A DNA stretch of 64,000 bases. Source: an uncultured Planctomycetales bacterium (GTDB lineage: Bacteria; Omnitrophota; Gorgyraeia; Gygaellales; Profunditerraquicolaceae). Below, one piece after another: positions 10,911-21,139 of this stretch; positions within the stretch are counted from its first letter, which is position 1, and every line of letters begins with the position of its first letter. The stretch covers positions 68,741-132,740 of the forward strand of contig CAYRUB010000002.1 of NCBI GenBank assembly GCA_964427405.1. The letters are read 5' to 3'. Under the pieces are notes generated by a model. It had not been told where the DNA came from. It ran no database searches and saw only the letters and a list, made by a program, of their open reading frames with translations. Position numbers and translations under genes: made by a program.

Positions 10911-12272
10911 ATGATGAAGAAAATATCTTACTTTATTTTTATTTTTTGCCTGTTATTTATATCAGCTTGCCAGCGCGAAGGAAAAAGGGGGTACGCGCCT
11001 CCGGCTGTAATTCCTAACACAACAAGAGAGATGAAAAGCCCCGGTTTTTGGATAAGCCGGAATTCTTTCGCAGATAAAGTGGTTTTGGATTCTTCAGCTA
11101 TCGCTTTGTTTAACTCAGAAGTAGAATGTAAGCTTGGGCTTACGGAGGATGTTGCTAAAATTGGCCCGAGTTATTCAGGGGAAGAATTAAGCTCTTTTTT
11201 AGAAAAAGAACTTAAGGGGCTTTTTTTAAATAAACTTTTCGATAAAAATGCAAAGAGAATAAACAACTCTTTTTACCGGGCAATCAGGGAAGAAATTAAT
11301 TTTAGCGCTATACCGGTTGAAATTAATGTGCGTTACGGTTTTATCAGGCATTATGCTGACCAGAGGATTTTGCCAACTGAGGAGGCCTTATTTAGTCAGC
11401 CGGGTGATGTTGAATTTGACGAGCTTCAAAATAGTTCTTTGGATATCGGGACACCTTTAGCAGTTTTACATGAAAGTAAAGACGGTTTATGGATATATGC
11501 GCATTCTCCGGCAAGCCCAGGCTGGGTAAGAAAAGACAGGGTTGTTATTTGTACTTTTGCTGAGCTTAAGAGTTATTTAGAAAAAGAGCCCTTTGTTGTA
11601 GTGACTAATACTAAGGCCGATATTTTCTTAGATCCGGGTTTAACACAATATTTTGATTATGTCAGGATGGGAGTGAGGTTTCCCGTAAAGAAAGATATTA
11701 ATTCTGGAGTAATCCAGATTTCTATCCCTTTTCAAGTAGATGGAGGCAAGTTTAATAAGCGCAATGCCTATATGAGAAAAGAGGATATAAATTCAGGCTA
11801 TTTACTGTATACTCCTCGCAATATTATTCAGCAGGCCTTTAAGCTTCTCAATGCTCCTTATGGCTGGGGAGGCATGAATGGCGAACAGGATTGCTCTAGC
11901 TTTCTCCAGGAGATTTTTTCCACCGTTGGTATATATTTACCAAGGAATTCTCAGGCTCAATGTAAAGTAGGAAAGCAATTAGGGTCATTTACTGAAAAAA
12001 CAAACAGCGCATCAAAACTGCTTATTCTGGATAAATTAGCTATCGGTGGAGCTACGATTTTACAGTTAAAAGGACACGTGCTTTTATATCTTGGGTCATA
12101 TAAAGGTTCTCCTTACGTGATACATGAAACTCATGGCTATAGGCAAAAAAAAGGGTGGAAAGATATCTTGTGCGCAGTAAATCGCGTAGTAGTAAGCGAT
12201 CTTTCTTTGGGGCAAGGGTCAAAAAATGGTTCTTTGCTTGAAAGATTGCTATCTATTTGTAACGTTAATTAA
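10911..12272 (+). CDS. NlpC/P60 (C40) cell-wall peptidase lipoprotein with SH3-like N-terminal region
   Basis: Lipobox LFISAC. The C-terminal domain has APYGWGGMNGEQDCSSFLQEIF (catalytic Cys) and the later GHVLLYLG...IHETHG His residues. Confidence 0.75.
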   Translation: MMKKISYFIFIFCLLFISACQREGKRGYAPPAVIPNTTREMKSPGFWISRNSFADKVVLDSSAIALFNSEVECKLGLTEDVAKIGPSYSGEELSSFLEKELKGLFLNKLFDKNAKRINNSFYRAIREEINFSAIPVEINVRYGFIRHYADQRILPTEEALFSQPGDVEFDELQNSSLDIGTPLAVLHESKDGLWIYAHSPASPGWVRKDRVVICTFAELKSYLEKEPFVVVTNTKADIFLDPGLTQYFDYVRMGVRFPVKKDINSGVIQISIPFQVDGGKFNKRNAYMRKEDINSGYLLYTPRNIIQQAFKLLNAPYGWGGMNGEQDCSSFLQEIFSTVGIYLPRNSQAQCKVGKQLGSFTEKTNSASKLLILDKLAIGGATILQLKGHVLLYLGSYKGSPYVIHETHGYRQKKGWKDILCAVNRVVVSDLSLGQGSKNGSLLERLLSICNVN

Positions 12273-12423
12273 TAGTAATAAAAAAGCCGATATTTTCCTA
12301 TAAGCATTGTGCATAAAAAAGAGTTGTTTTTAAGATGCTAAAGTGGGAAAATAATAAAATATTAAGAAAGTTTGGTATAAACGTTGTGATTCTAATGGCA
12401 GTGTAAGGGGAGAGCGAGGCGGA

Positions 12424-12780
12424 ATGCAAGAGAGAAGAAGGTATACAAGAGTTCCTGAAAGCCTGCAGGTAGCTTACGAGATCATACCCGCAGAGACAAT
12501 AAAGGAGTATCTCACAAGGGATATCAGTCAGGGGGGGATAAGATTTTTAACTCATGAGTTTATCCCTAAGGATAGCCGCTTAAGGATCAGGATCACTTTC
12601 CCTGCGACGTTATTCAGCTTTGAGACATTGGTTAAATGTATGTGGATTAGGGAGTTGTCTTATGGCGATGATTTTGAGGTTGGCGTAGAGTTTATAGATT
12701 TGCCATCAGAAATACTGGATTATCTTGTAAGCTACATAAGAGCCTCTTTTAATATCAAAAAAGAAGAGCCGGGTGGTTAA
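12424..12780 (+). CDS. PilZ domain protein (c-di-GMP receptor type)
   Basis: 118 aa with RRRYTR (RxxxR) and DISQGG (DxSxxG) motifs at canonical spacing. Confidence 0.8.
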   Translation: MQERRRYTRVPESLQVAYEIIPAETIKEYLTRDISQGGIRFLTHEFIPKDSRLRIRITFPATLFSFETLVKCMWIRELSYGDDFEVGVEFIDLPSEILDYLVSYIRASFNIKKEEPGG

Positions 12781-13015
12781 GACTTTATCCTGCCCGATTT
12801 CAATATTGGTTTATTTGTTCGCTATAGTAGTCGGTTTAGCGATGTTTCTTGCGCCCGGAGCGATTATTGAGTTCCAGCGAAAGTTCTATGAAAAGATTAA
12901 CTGGCGTGTTGAGCCAATCTCAATGCCTAAAGAAATACGCAATACCAAGTTGATGGGTTTATTCCTGGTTCTTGCAACCTTCCTGGCTGTAATTTATATT
13001 CTCAATTCGCATTAA
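12773..13015 (+). CDS. Small two-helix membrane protein
   Basis: 80 aa with two hydrophobic helices. Overlaps the PilZ gene stop. No recognisable family. Confidence 0.4.
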   Translation: MVKTLSCPISILVYLFAIVVGLAMFLAPGAIIEFQRKFYEKINWRVEPISMPKEIRNTKLMGLFLVLATFLAVIYILNSH

Positions 13016-13106
13016 TCTTTAAATGAGCCGATTCTTCAAATTCACATTTTATCACTAAGGCATATCGCTTTATTATGATATTTTAAAATATATGGGTTAG
13101 AAAGGA

Positions 13107-13571
13107 GTGGGAGGTATATTGAAGTGGAAATTTAAGAGGATTGCTGTCCGTCTGCTTAGGCTGAATAATTCTCCCCAGGAGATTGCCTTGGGAGTTGCCA
13201 TAGGCGTTTTTATTGGTATCTTACCGGTTTATGGGTTGCATACCGTATTGGTAGTTATCGCTGCTATTCTGGTCCGTCCGGCAAATAAGATCGCGATTTT
13301 CCTGGGAACCAGTATTTCTTTACCTCCGACAGTCCCTCCCATAACCTGGGCAGGCTATGAAATTGGCAGGTGTATCTTAAATGGAAAATTTGAACCTTTA
13401 AGCTGGTCAGTATTTAAGAATATAACATTCCAGAAGATTTGTAGTTATTATCAGCCGCTTTTTTTAGGTAGCGTAGTACTGGGGATTATCTGCGCGGTAA
13501 TCTTTTACTTCATTACCTTTTTCATAGTAAAGAGGATTAACCTTAAGGCAAAACGTGTCCGGAGAACTTAA
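13107..13571 (+). CDS. DUF2062-family membrane protein
   Basis: SPQEIALGVAIGVFIGILPVYGLHTVLV matches the DUF2062 signature as I remember it. Three or four TM helices. Confidence 0.6.
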   Translation: MGGILKWKFKRIAVRLLRLNNSPQEIALGVAIGVFIGILPVYGLHTVLVVIAAILVRPANKIAIFLGTSISLPPTVPPITWAGYEIGRCILNGKFEPLSWSVFKNITFQKICSYYQPLFLGSVVLGIICAVIFYFITFFIVKRINLKAKRVRRT

Positions 13572-14217
13572 CGTAAATATCAGGAAGTTTGAAAATAGGG
13601 ATAGAGGCAAGCTCAGGTCAATCAGCCATGATACTGCTTTTATGGGGCAGCCGGCTTCTCTATTTTTTGAAGGCAGAGAAATTATTTGCGATGCCCTTAA
13701 CTCATATTTTACTGATTATGAACCGGAGTCTTGTTTTGTCGCGGAGGTTAATTCGACAGTCGTTGGTTACTTGATTGGCGCAAAAAACAAAATTGCCGCA
13801 GAAAAAGTTTTTCAAGATAAGATAATGTTACGTTTATTTTGGAGGGCGCTAAAAAGCGGCGTTTTTATTAAAAAAAAGAATATTGTCTTTATTTTTAGTT
13901 GTTTGACGGCGTTTCTTAAGGGCGGCTTTTCCACTCCTGATTTTACAAAAGAATACCCAGCCACTTTTCATATCAACATAAAAAACGAATTCCGTGGCCA
14001 AAATATCGGCACGGCCTTAATAAACGCTTACCTGAGTTACCTGAAAGAAAAACTGGTCTCTGGCGTGCATTTAGCGACAATGTCCCGGGCCGGAGCAGAT
14101 TTTTTCTTTAAACAATCATTCCGGTTGCTCTATGAAGGAAAAAGGTCTTATTTTAAACATATTCTGCGCAAAGATGTTCCGCTTTATATTTACGGTAAGA
14201 AATTAGTAAGTTTATAG
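13555..14217 (+). CDS. GNAT-family N-acetyltransferase
   Basis: 220 aa. FHINIKNEFRGQNIGTALINAYL fits the acetyl-CoA-binding motif A (R/QxxGxG/A). GTG start overlaps the upstream gene. Confidence 0.65.
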   Translation: MSGELNVNIRKFENRDRGKLRSISHDTAFMGQPASLFFEGREIICDALNSYFTDYEPESCFVAEVNSTVVGYLIGAKNKIAAEKVFQDKIMLRLFWRALKSGVFIKKKNIVFIFSCLTAFLKGGFSTPDFTKEYPATFHINIKNEFRGQNIGTALINAYLSYLKEKLVSGVHLATMSRAGADFFFKQSFRLLYEGKRSYFKHILRKDVPLYIYGKKLVSL

Positions 14218-14262
14218 AGTTTTGCTTGAATATACCTTATGCTTATGTTAATTTAACTAATT

Positions 14263-16926
14263 ATGGATAAAACTTTATATAGCTTTACGGATAATTCAGG
14301 AAGTTTTTATTCGGGCTGCGCAGATAAAATCAAGAGCCTGTATTTGCCTCTGGGCAATGATAGCATTATGTCTTCTATCACTCCTGATTTGCATGGGGAT
14401 ATCAAGAGCGGACAAAACTCTTTTCTTTTGGCCCCGGTTTCGCGCATTGATTTAACCAACTTGCGCTCTTCGCGCAACTTCTGGATTTATATTAACCCGC
14501 GTAAAGTATGGTCAGCTACCGGTGTCTCCAAAGATTCCAAACAGATAGGCCAGGATAAATTTAGCTTAGAGGCTGGTTTACTTTGGCAGAAGATAAACCG
14601 TCGGAATAAAACAATAGGTATTAATGCAGAGATCCTTTCTTTTGTGCCGGCTACGGGTGAGCCGGTTGAAATAATGCAAGTCAGGCTTACCAATATTTCC
14701 CGTAACTTAATAAGTTTTATCCCCACAGCGGCTATTCCTATGTATAGCCGCGGCGCCAATAATATACGCGATCATCGCCACGTAACCAGTTTGTTGCAGC
14801 GTGTTAGCTTGCATAAATTTGGGGTAATCTCTAAACCGACATTGGCTTTTGATGAATCCGGCCACCGGAGGAATAAAGATAGCTATTTTGTTTTAAGCTG
14901 GGATGAAAAACTTTCTCCTCCTGAGAGGATCTATCCGACACAGGAGGTTTTTTGTGGAGACTCAGGTGACCTGGAAGAACCAGAGGCGGTATTTAAAAAC
15001 ATCCCTGAGCGGTTAAATAATATTCAGGGCAAGGAGGTCATGGGGGGTTTAAGTTTTAAGAGAGTTTCTCTTAAAACTGGGCAGTCAAAGATATATACGG
15101 TGGCTATGGGGATAGTTCAGGATGCCGGGCAAATTACAAAATTAATTTCTAAATTTAATCATCCGGATAAAATTTCGCATGCCTTGCAAAAAACTAGAAT
15201 ATTCTGGGGAAGCTTGAGTCAGGGGATAAATATTACAACACAGGATAGAGATTTTGATAACTGGTTGCGCTGGGTAAATGCCCAACCGACATTAAGAAGA
15301 ATTTTCGGGTGTTCATTTCTGCCGGATTTTGATTACGGAAAAGGCGGGCGTGGATGGCGCGACCTATGGCAGGATTGCCTGGGGCTAATCCTTAATGAAC
15401 CTGAAAAAGTCAGGCCGTTTTTAGTTAATAATTTCTGCGGAGTAAAGATTGACGGCTCCAATGCTACTATCATCGGAAAGGAGCCCGGAGAATTTATTGC
15501 CGACCGTAACAATATCAGCCGGGTATGGATGGATCATGGTATCTGGCCGCTTTTAACCCTGGATTTATATATTAACGAAACCGGTGACCTGGGTATTTTG
15601 TTTGAGTCGGCAACTTATTTTTACAATCATGAAATAAAACGTACCAAAGATATTGATTATAACTGGACACCTGCTTACGGGAATAAGCTAAAGACTAATT
15701 CCGGAAGGATATATTCAGGTTCTGTTTTAGAGCATCTTTTAGTGCAAAATCTGGTACAGTTCCTTAATGTCGGCAGCCACAATCATATCCGTCTTGAAGG
15801 TGCTGATTGGAATGACGGCCTGGATATGGCAAGGGAAAACGGAGAAAGCGTAGCTTTTAGCGCTATGTACGCGCAAAATCTGGAAACACTTGCTGAACTT
15901 TTGCTTAAAACCGGGAAAAACAAAATAGAGGTTTTCGATGAGATCAAAATATTATTTACTAAGATTAATTACAAAAGCATTCCTTCTAAGCGTAAACTTT
16001 TAGGTAAATATTTTTCTAAAATTTCTACTGTTGTGTCCGGAAAAAAGATCCTTTTAGATGTCGCGCAGATAGCCGCAGATCTTAGGGGTAAGTCTGTTTG
16101 GATGAAACAACACATCCGTGCCTCAGAATGGCTTAAGGAAGGGTTTTTTAATGGTTATTATGATAACCGTAAGAAGCGCCTGGAGGGTAGAAAAGGAAAT
16201 CGTGTGCAAATGACCCTGACTGCCCAGGTTTTTAACGTAATGGCCGGCATTGCCCGGCCTTGGCAGGTGCGCAAAATCCTACAAAGTGTAAATAAATATC
16301 TGTTTGATAAACAAAACCGCAGCATTCATCTTAATACCGATTTTAAACAAGAGCAGCTTGATTTGGGCAGGGCTTTTTCTTTTTCTTATGGGGAAAAGGA
16401 GAATGGGGCAATTTTTAGCCATATGGCAGTGATGTTTAGTTATGCGTTATATAAACAAGGCTATGCTCAAGAGGCCTGGGAAACTTTAAGCTCACTTTAT
16501 AAAATGGCAGTGAATACTTCCAGGAGTAAAGTTTATCCTTGTCTGCCGGAATACTTTAATCTGGAAGGCCGGGGGATGTATTCTTATTTGACCGGTTCAG
16601 CCAGCTGGTTTATGTTAACTATGCTTACCCAGGTTTTTGGAGTCAGGGGGCAGGGCGGAGATTTGGTAATTGAGCCAAAATTAAACGCAGAGCATTTTCG
16701 TAAAAGCAACAGCATAAGCATTGAGCGTATTTTTGCCGGCAGAAGGATAAAAATAAAGTTTATAAATTGCGGAAAGCTTGTTTACGGAAAGTATAAGATT
16801 GCTAAGGTTTTGTTTAATTCAGAAAATCTGCTTGTTGATAAATCCCGCTATTTGATCATTACCCGCCAGGTAATCCTTGCCCTACCGAACAAAAAGTTAA
16901 ATTTAATCGAAGTTCATCTGCGTTAA
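14263..16926 (+). CDS. Large glycoside hydrolase/phosphorylase-like protein (GH94-type (alpha/alpha)6 catalytic-domain signature)
   Basis: 887 aa. RLEGADWNDGLDMA resembles the catalytic DWND segment of GH94-like phosphorylases. Size and predicted beta-sandwich-plus-barrel layout are compatible. The family call is tentative. Confidence 0.45.
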   Translation: MDKTLYSFTDNSGSFYSGCADKIKSLYLPLGNDSIMSSITPDLHGDIKSGQNSFLLAPVSRIDLTNLRSSRNFWIYINPRKVWSATGVSKDSKQIGQDKFSLEAGLLWQKINRRNKTIGINAEILSFVPATGEPVEIMQVRLTNISRNLISFIPTAAIPMYSRGANNIRDHRHVTSLLQRVSLHKFGVISKPTLAFDESGHRRNKDSYFVLSWDEKLSPPERIYPTQEVFCGDSGDLEEPEAVFKNIPERLNNIQGKEVMGGLSFKRVSLKTGQSKIYTVAMGIVQDAGQITKLISKFNHPDKISHALQKTRIFWGSLSQGINITTQDRDFDNWLRWVNAQPTLRRIFGCSFLPDFDYGKGGRGWRDLWQDCLGLILNEPEKVRPFLVNNFCGVKIDGSNATIIGKEPGEFIADRNNISRVWMDHGIWPLLTLDLYINETGDLGILFESATYFYNHEIKRTKDIDYNWTPAYGNKLKTNSGRIYSGSVLEHLLVQNLVQFLNVGSHNHIRLEGADWNDGLDMARENGESVAFSAMYAQNLETLAELLLKTGKNKIEVFDEIKILFTKINYKSIPSKRKLLGKYFSKISTVVSGKKILLDVAQIAADLRGKSVWMKQHIRASEWLKEGFFNGYYDNRKKRLEGRKGNRVQMTLTAQVFNVMAGIARPWQVRKILQSVNKYLFDKQNRSIHLNTDFKQEQLDLGRAFSFSYGEKENGAIFSHMAVMFSYALYKQGYAQEAWETLSSLYKMAVNTSRSKVYPCLPEYFNLEGRGMYSYLTGSASWFMLTMLTQVFGVRGQGGDLVIEPKLNAEHFRKSNSISIERIFAGRRIKIKFINCGKLVYGKYKIAKVLFNSENLLVDKSRYLIITRQVILALPNKKLNLIEVHLR

Positions 16927-17448
16927 TTCCTGCGTTTTTGTGCAGACAAAAAGCTGATTAAATCCAAGCATAAAGGTTTGATAGGTTTCAATCTGGAAAA
17001 GGCCTTTCAGCAAGTTATGCATAGAATTTAGATTGTAATATCTTTGGTGCGGGCCTTCTGTCGTTTCGTAATGGGGATGATATATCTTCATCAGCCACTT
17101 TCCCGCTGACTTCGGGGTAGTTATAATTAATTTACCGTCAGCTTTGATTATACGGTGGCATTCTTTGATAATCTTTTCCGGGCAGCTCAGATGTTCTATG
17201 CAGGCCAGCATTGTTATGCAGTCAATGCTATTGTCTTGCGCAGGGATTGTATCAACCAGGACTTGTCCAGTTTGCCGGTCAAATCCTATGCGGGTCCGGC
17301 AGGGGGATTTTTTTAATAAGTACTTATCGAGCCCGCATCCGATATCAATATGGATTTCTGCGCGGGGAATATAAGGCAAGGCTTTGCGCGTCCTTATTTC
17401 TCTGGTAAGCCAGGTGAAGATATTTAATAATTTTTTATGATTGCCCAT
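16903..17448 (-). CDS. Class I SAM-dependent methyltransferase
   Basis: 181 aa with motif I IDIGCG, the later ACIEHL, and DGKLIITTP. Last gene of the minus-strand operon. Its 3' end converges on and overlaps the 14263-16926 gene by 24 nt. Confidence 0.7.
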   Translation of the reverse strand: MGNHKKLLNIFTWLTREIRTRKALPYIPRAEIHIDIGCGLDKYLLKKSPCRTRIGFDRQTGQVLVDTIPAQDNSIDCITMLACIEHLSCPEKIIKECHRIIKADGKLIITTPKSAGKWLMKIYHPHYETTEGPHQRYYNLNSMHNLLKGLFQIETYQTFMLGFNQLFVCTKTQELTQMNFD

Positions 17449-18806
17449 AATCCCTTGAAATCATTTTTAAGTTCAGCAAAGTTTAAATGCCGCAATCTTT
17501 TTGCGATATACGCCGGCCTTAAATAAAATGACCGGGTGGAGTTTTTTATTAAGACAGACAATTCTTTAACTGACATTTTTGTGGTATTCAGCCTGAGTTG
17601 TTCGTATGCGAATGAATAAGGTTGGCCGTTGATGAACCAGTCATTGCGCAGGGCCTCATCATATAGGCAGGAGCCGGGGAACGCGGTAAGGTATGCGCAG
17701 TTAAGATAATCCGGGTCTAATTGTTTTATAAATGCTAAAGTCTGGCGGGCGGTTTCTTTGGTTTCCCCGGGCGCGCCAAAAATAATATTTAAGGTTACCT
17801 GGATCCCTGCTTTCTTTGTTGCCTGGACAGCTCTGGTTGCCTGCTCTAATGTAAAATCCTTTTTAAGATTATTCAGAATTTCCTGGTTGCCTGATTCTAG
17901 CCCATAGGTAATCATTTTGCAGCCAGCCTGCTTCATTAATAAGGCGATTTCTTCGTTGATCATGTCTACCCGTCCATTACAGGACCAGATAAGATTAAAC
18001 CTTTTCTCGATTAAAAGCTTACATAGCGCAATCACATTTTTTTTGTCGATCAAAAAGTCGCTATCTTTAAAAAGAATCTCCTTGATTTTGAATTCTTTGA
18101 CTAACCTGGAGATTTCTGAAATAGTTTTTTGCGGAGACTGCACCCTGTAAACTTTTCCGAACATTTTCTGCACGCCGCAGAAAATACAGTTAAAGGGGCA
18201 CCCGCGGCTGCGGATAAAAGTAACATAAGGTGAGCGCGTTGAGACCATGCTGTTATAACGCGCGATAGGAAGTAAGCCGTAGGCAGGCAAGGGGATAGTG
18301 TCGAGATCCGGTATCAATTCTCTTTTCGGGTTTACAATTATCCGGCCGTTTTTCCTAAACACCAGCCCTTTGATTAAACTGTAATCCTTATCTCTTGATT
18401 CATATGTCTTTAACCATTCAAGAAAAGTGATTTCTCCTTCTCCTGCTACTATTGCATCAAAATTAGTGTCCTTAATCACATCAAGGGGCTGAACTGTAGG
18501 ATGATATCCTCCTGCAATGATAGTAACGTGGGGGAGGACTGTTTTTACAAATCCGGCAGTGTAGTGCGCACTGTCTGATAACAGGCTGGTGAAGCTTATG
18601 CCTACTACGTCGGGTTGAAATTCACGAAGCAGCATGCGCAATGATTGAAAAGGCTTTTTTTCAACGTTAGCATCGAATATGAGCACATTGTGCCCTTGCT
18701 CTAAAGTGACAGCGCTGACAAATGCTATCCCTAGCGGAGGGTATTTTAATCCCTGTTGGATTTTAAGATTGACATTTACCGGAGGGTGTATAAATAATAT
18801 TTTCAT
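17424..18806 (-). CDS. B12-binding-domain radical SAM enzyme (class B)
   Basis: 460 aa. N-terminal cobalamin-binding-like Rossmann region (DVVGISFTS), then the CPFNCIFC (CxxxCxxC) radical SAM cluster motif. Confidence 0.8.
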   Translation of the reverse strand: MKILFIHPPVNVNLKIQQGLKYPPLGIAFVSAVTLEQGHNVLIFDANVEKKPFQSLRMLLREFQPDVVGISFTSLLSDSAHYTAGFVKTVLPHVTIIAGGYHPTVQPLDVIKDTNFDAIVAGEGEITFLEWLKTYESRDKDYSLIKGLVFRKNGRIIVNPKRELIPDLDTIPLPAYGLLPIARYNSMVSTRSPYVTFIRSRGCPFNCIFCGVQKMFGKVYRVQSPQKTISEISRLVKEFKIKEILFKDSDFLIDKKNVIALCKLLIEKRFNLIWSCNGRVDMINEEIALLMKQAGCKMITYGLESGNQEILNNLKKDFTLEQATRAVQATKKAGIQVTLNIIFGAPGETKETARQTLAFIKQLDPDYLNCAYLTAFPGSCLYDEALRNDWFINGQPYSFAYEQLRLNTTKMSVKELSVLIKNSTRSFYLRPAYIAKRLRHLNFAELKNDFKGLWAIIKNY

Positions 18807-18812
18807 AGTCGG

Positions 18813-20228
18813 CTAATGGTTCAGCAGCGTGCTTGCCATATGAACTTGTCTGATCAACTGGGAGACGCTTTTAATTTTAGTTAGTTTACGCATCATGAAT
18901 TTCGGCCGCATGTAGAATTTTTTATTTGTTTCCCGGATAATCTGATCGACCCTTTGTTCAGGCAATTCTTTTGAGGAGAGGCAAGGCGCAGTATTAGTAA
19001 TTTCTCCTGCAAGAAATTTCTCCCAATAATCTGCCGGAATAAGTTTTTGCGAGGCTGCCCAATCAAAGAGTTCGCTTCCCGGTATAAGTATTGTTTTACT
19101 GAGTACCGCAAAATCCGGTTCTATAGCAAATATTAGCGCAATGGTTTTTTTAATAGTCTTTTCGGTTTCTTCGGGGCAGCCGAACATGAAATAGCCGTAG
19201 ATTTCAATACCTGATTCTTTAACAAGGCGGGCGCATTCCAGGGACTGCTTTACGGTAATTCCTTTTTTCAGGATTCTTAATATCGCCTCGTCCCCTGATT
19301 CAAACCCAAAACGGATACGGTAGCAGCCAGATTTTTTCATTATTGCAAGAAGCTCCCGGTCAACCATGTCAACCCGGCTGCGGCACTCCCATATAATTTT
19401 GAGGTTTTTTTCAAGGATTAGATTACAGAATTCAATGGTGCGCCTGCGGTCTATGATAAATTCATCGTCAAAAAACATTATCTCTTTTATGCCATAGTGG
19501 TCTTTTAATTCTCGCATTTCTTCTATAATTCTGCGATTCGAAAAAGAGCGCCATTTATTTCCCATGCGGTTACGCCTGTCGCAATAAATACAACTGTAAG
19601 GGCAGCCCCGGCTGGTGATCATAGTTGCGCATGTGCGTTTTCTCGATAAGGCATCATAATAACGATTAAGCTTTACCAGGTGCCTGGCAGGGTTTGGGAT
19701 AGAATCCAGCGTTTCAATCAAAGGCCTTTGTCCGTTCAAAAATAACTGCTGTTTTTTTCGGTAAATAATTCCAGGTATTTTGCTTGTGTCGCCTTTAAAG
19801 CCAAGTGTCCGCATAAGCTCAATAGTTGTTTTTTCACCTTCGCCAATCACTCCATAATCAAACACGCTGTATTCCATTACCGGCTCGGGTGCTGAAGTGA
19901 TTGCCGCTCCGCCTGCAACTACGCATATAGAAGGAAGGGTATTCTTTGCAAGTTTTGCGATTTCATTAGCCTGGTGAAAAGTCCATGTCATTACGTGGAT
20001 GCACAAGATCTCCGGCTTAAGGCGTAAAAGGGAATGCAGGATCTTGTTTTGAGGATCAGTTTCAATATCAATATCGATTACTTCGACATGGTGGCCTTCT
20101 TGCTCTAATACTGCAGCGATGTAGAGTAACCCTAACGAAGGATAAATTCCCCGGGCTTTTTCAATCCTGTTGTTATAATGCCCCACCTGTTCTCGGGTGA
20201 GGCTTGGGTTGATAAGCAGAATGTTCAT
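18813..20228 (-). CDS. B12-binding-domain radical SAM enzyme (class B), paralog
   Basis: 471 aa with the same architecture as its neighbour and cluster motif CPYSCIYC. Confidence 0.8.
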   Translation of the reverse strand: MNILLINPSLTREQVGHYNNRIEKARGIYPSLGLLYIAAVLEQEGHHVEVIDIDIETDPQNKILHSLLRLKPEILCIHVMTWTFHQANEIAKLAKNTLPSICVVAGGAAITSAPEPVMEYSVFDYGVIGEGEKTTIELMRTLGFKGDTSKIPGIIYRKKQQLFLNGQRPLIETLDSIPNPARHLVKLNRYYDALSRKRTCATMITSRGCPYSCIYCDRRNRMGNKWRSFSNRRIIEEMRELKDHYGIKEIMFFDDEFIIDRRRTIEFCNLILEKNLKIIWECRSRVDMVDRELLAIMKKSGCYRIRFGFESGDEAILRILKKGITVKQSLECARLVKESGIEIYGYFMFGCPEETEKTIKKTIALIFAIEPDFAVLSKTILIPGSELFDWAASQKLIPADYWEKFLAGEITNTAPCLSSKELPEQRVDQIIRETNKKFYMRPKFMMRKLTKIKSVSQLIRQVHMASTLLNH

Positions 20229-20242
20229 ATAAAGAGTTTTGT

Positions 20243-21139
20243 TTAGTGTTTTGTTCCCATCATATCAGCAAGCATTCCGAATAGTATGATTTGAATGCCG
20301 CCAATAACCAGGATTGAAATAGTGGCATCGCCAAAGAATCCCTCCCCGGCCAGCATAATTTTAATCCCCAGCGCAACTCCTGCTGCAATTAAAAAGATCC
20401 CCAGGGGGAGGAATACTTTTAGCGGATTGGCGTAGAAAAAGAAGCGGATTATGGTTGGTACCACCTTGATGGGATAGCGCCAGGAAATAAATGATTTTCC
20501 CGTTTCTCTTTTATAAAATACTACGGGAGTTTCAATAATGCGCATGTGCTTGCTGCTTGCATCCATAATTAATTGTTGCGTCTCATTGTAATCTGAGATC
20601 ATTTCAAAATCTTTAAGATAGCGTTTGCTGAAAGCCATAAGCCCTGTCTGGGCATCGGTTATTTTAAAGCCGGTAAGTTTGCTTACCAGATAGCTGAAAA
20701 ATCGATTACCCATTGTGCGATAAAAAGGCATGGTATATTTTAATCCACCGCTAAAGCGGCTGCCGAAGACACAATCTGCTTTGTCTTCAAGTATGGGCTG
20801 TATAAGCTTATCGATGTCATCAGGGTCATGCTGGAAATCAGCGTCGATTTTAACCGCAACATCGGCGCCCATTTCATAAGCCCTTTGCAGGCCGATGCGC
20901 GTAGCGGCGCCTAACCCCCGGTTTTTAATATGCGAGATTATTTTGTTTACTCCGGCCTCTTTGGCAACTTTTGCGGTGTTGTCAGAGGAGCCGTCATCCA
21001 CTACGATAATCTCAACCCAATAGTTTTTATTTTGGGCAATATAATTTTCCTGTATTTTCTTAATAACATTTGCTATTGACGCCTCTTCATTATGTGCGGG
21101 TATCATAATAACTACGTAAGGGTATCTTTCTAATGTCAT
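20243..21139 (-). CDS. GT2 glycosyltransferase of the polyprenyl-phosphate sugar synthase type (DPM1/ArnC/GtrB-like)
   Basis: IPAHNEE, VVDDGSSDNT and DADFQHDP (DxD) motifs. Two C-terminal TM helices, as in ArnC/GtrB-type enzymes. Confidence 0.75.
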   Translation of the reverse strand: MTLERYPYVVIMIPAHNEEASIANVIKKIQENYIAQNKNYWVEIIVVDDGSSDNTAKVAKEAGVNKIISHIKNRGLGAATRIGLQRAYEMGADVAVKIDADFQHDPDDIDKLIQPILEDKADCVFGSRFSGGLKYTMPFYRTMGNRFFSYLVSKLTGFKITDAQTGLMAFSKRYLKDFEMISDYNETQQLIMDASSKHMRIIETPVVFYKRETGKSFISWRYPIKVVPTIIRFFFYANPLKVFLPLGIFLIAAGVALGIKIMLAGEGFFGDATISILVIGGIQIILFGMLADMMGTKH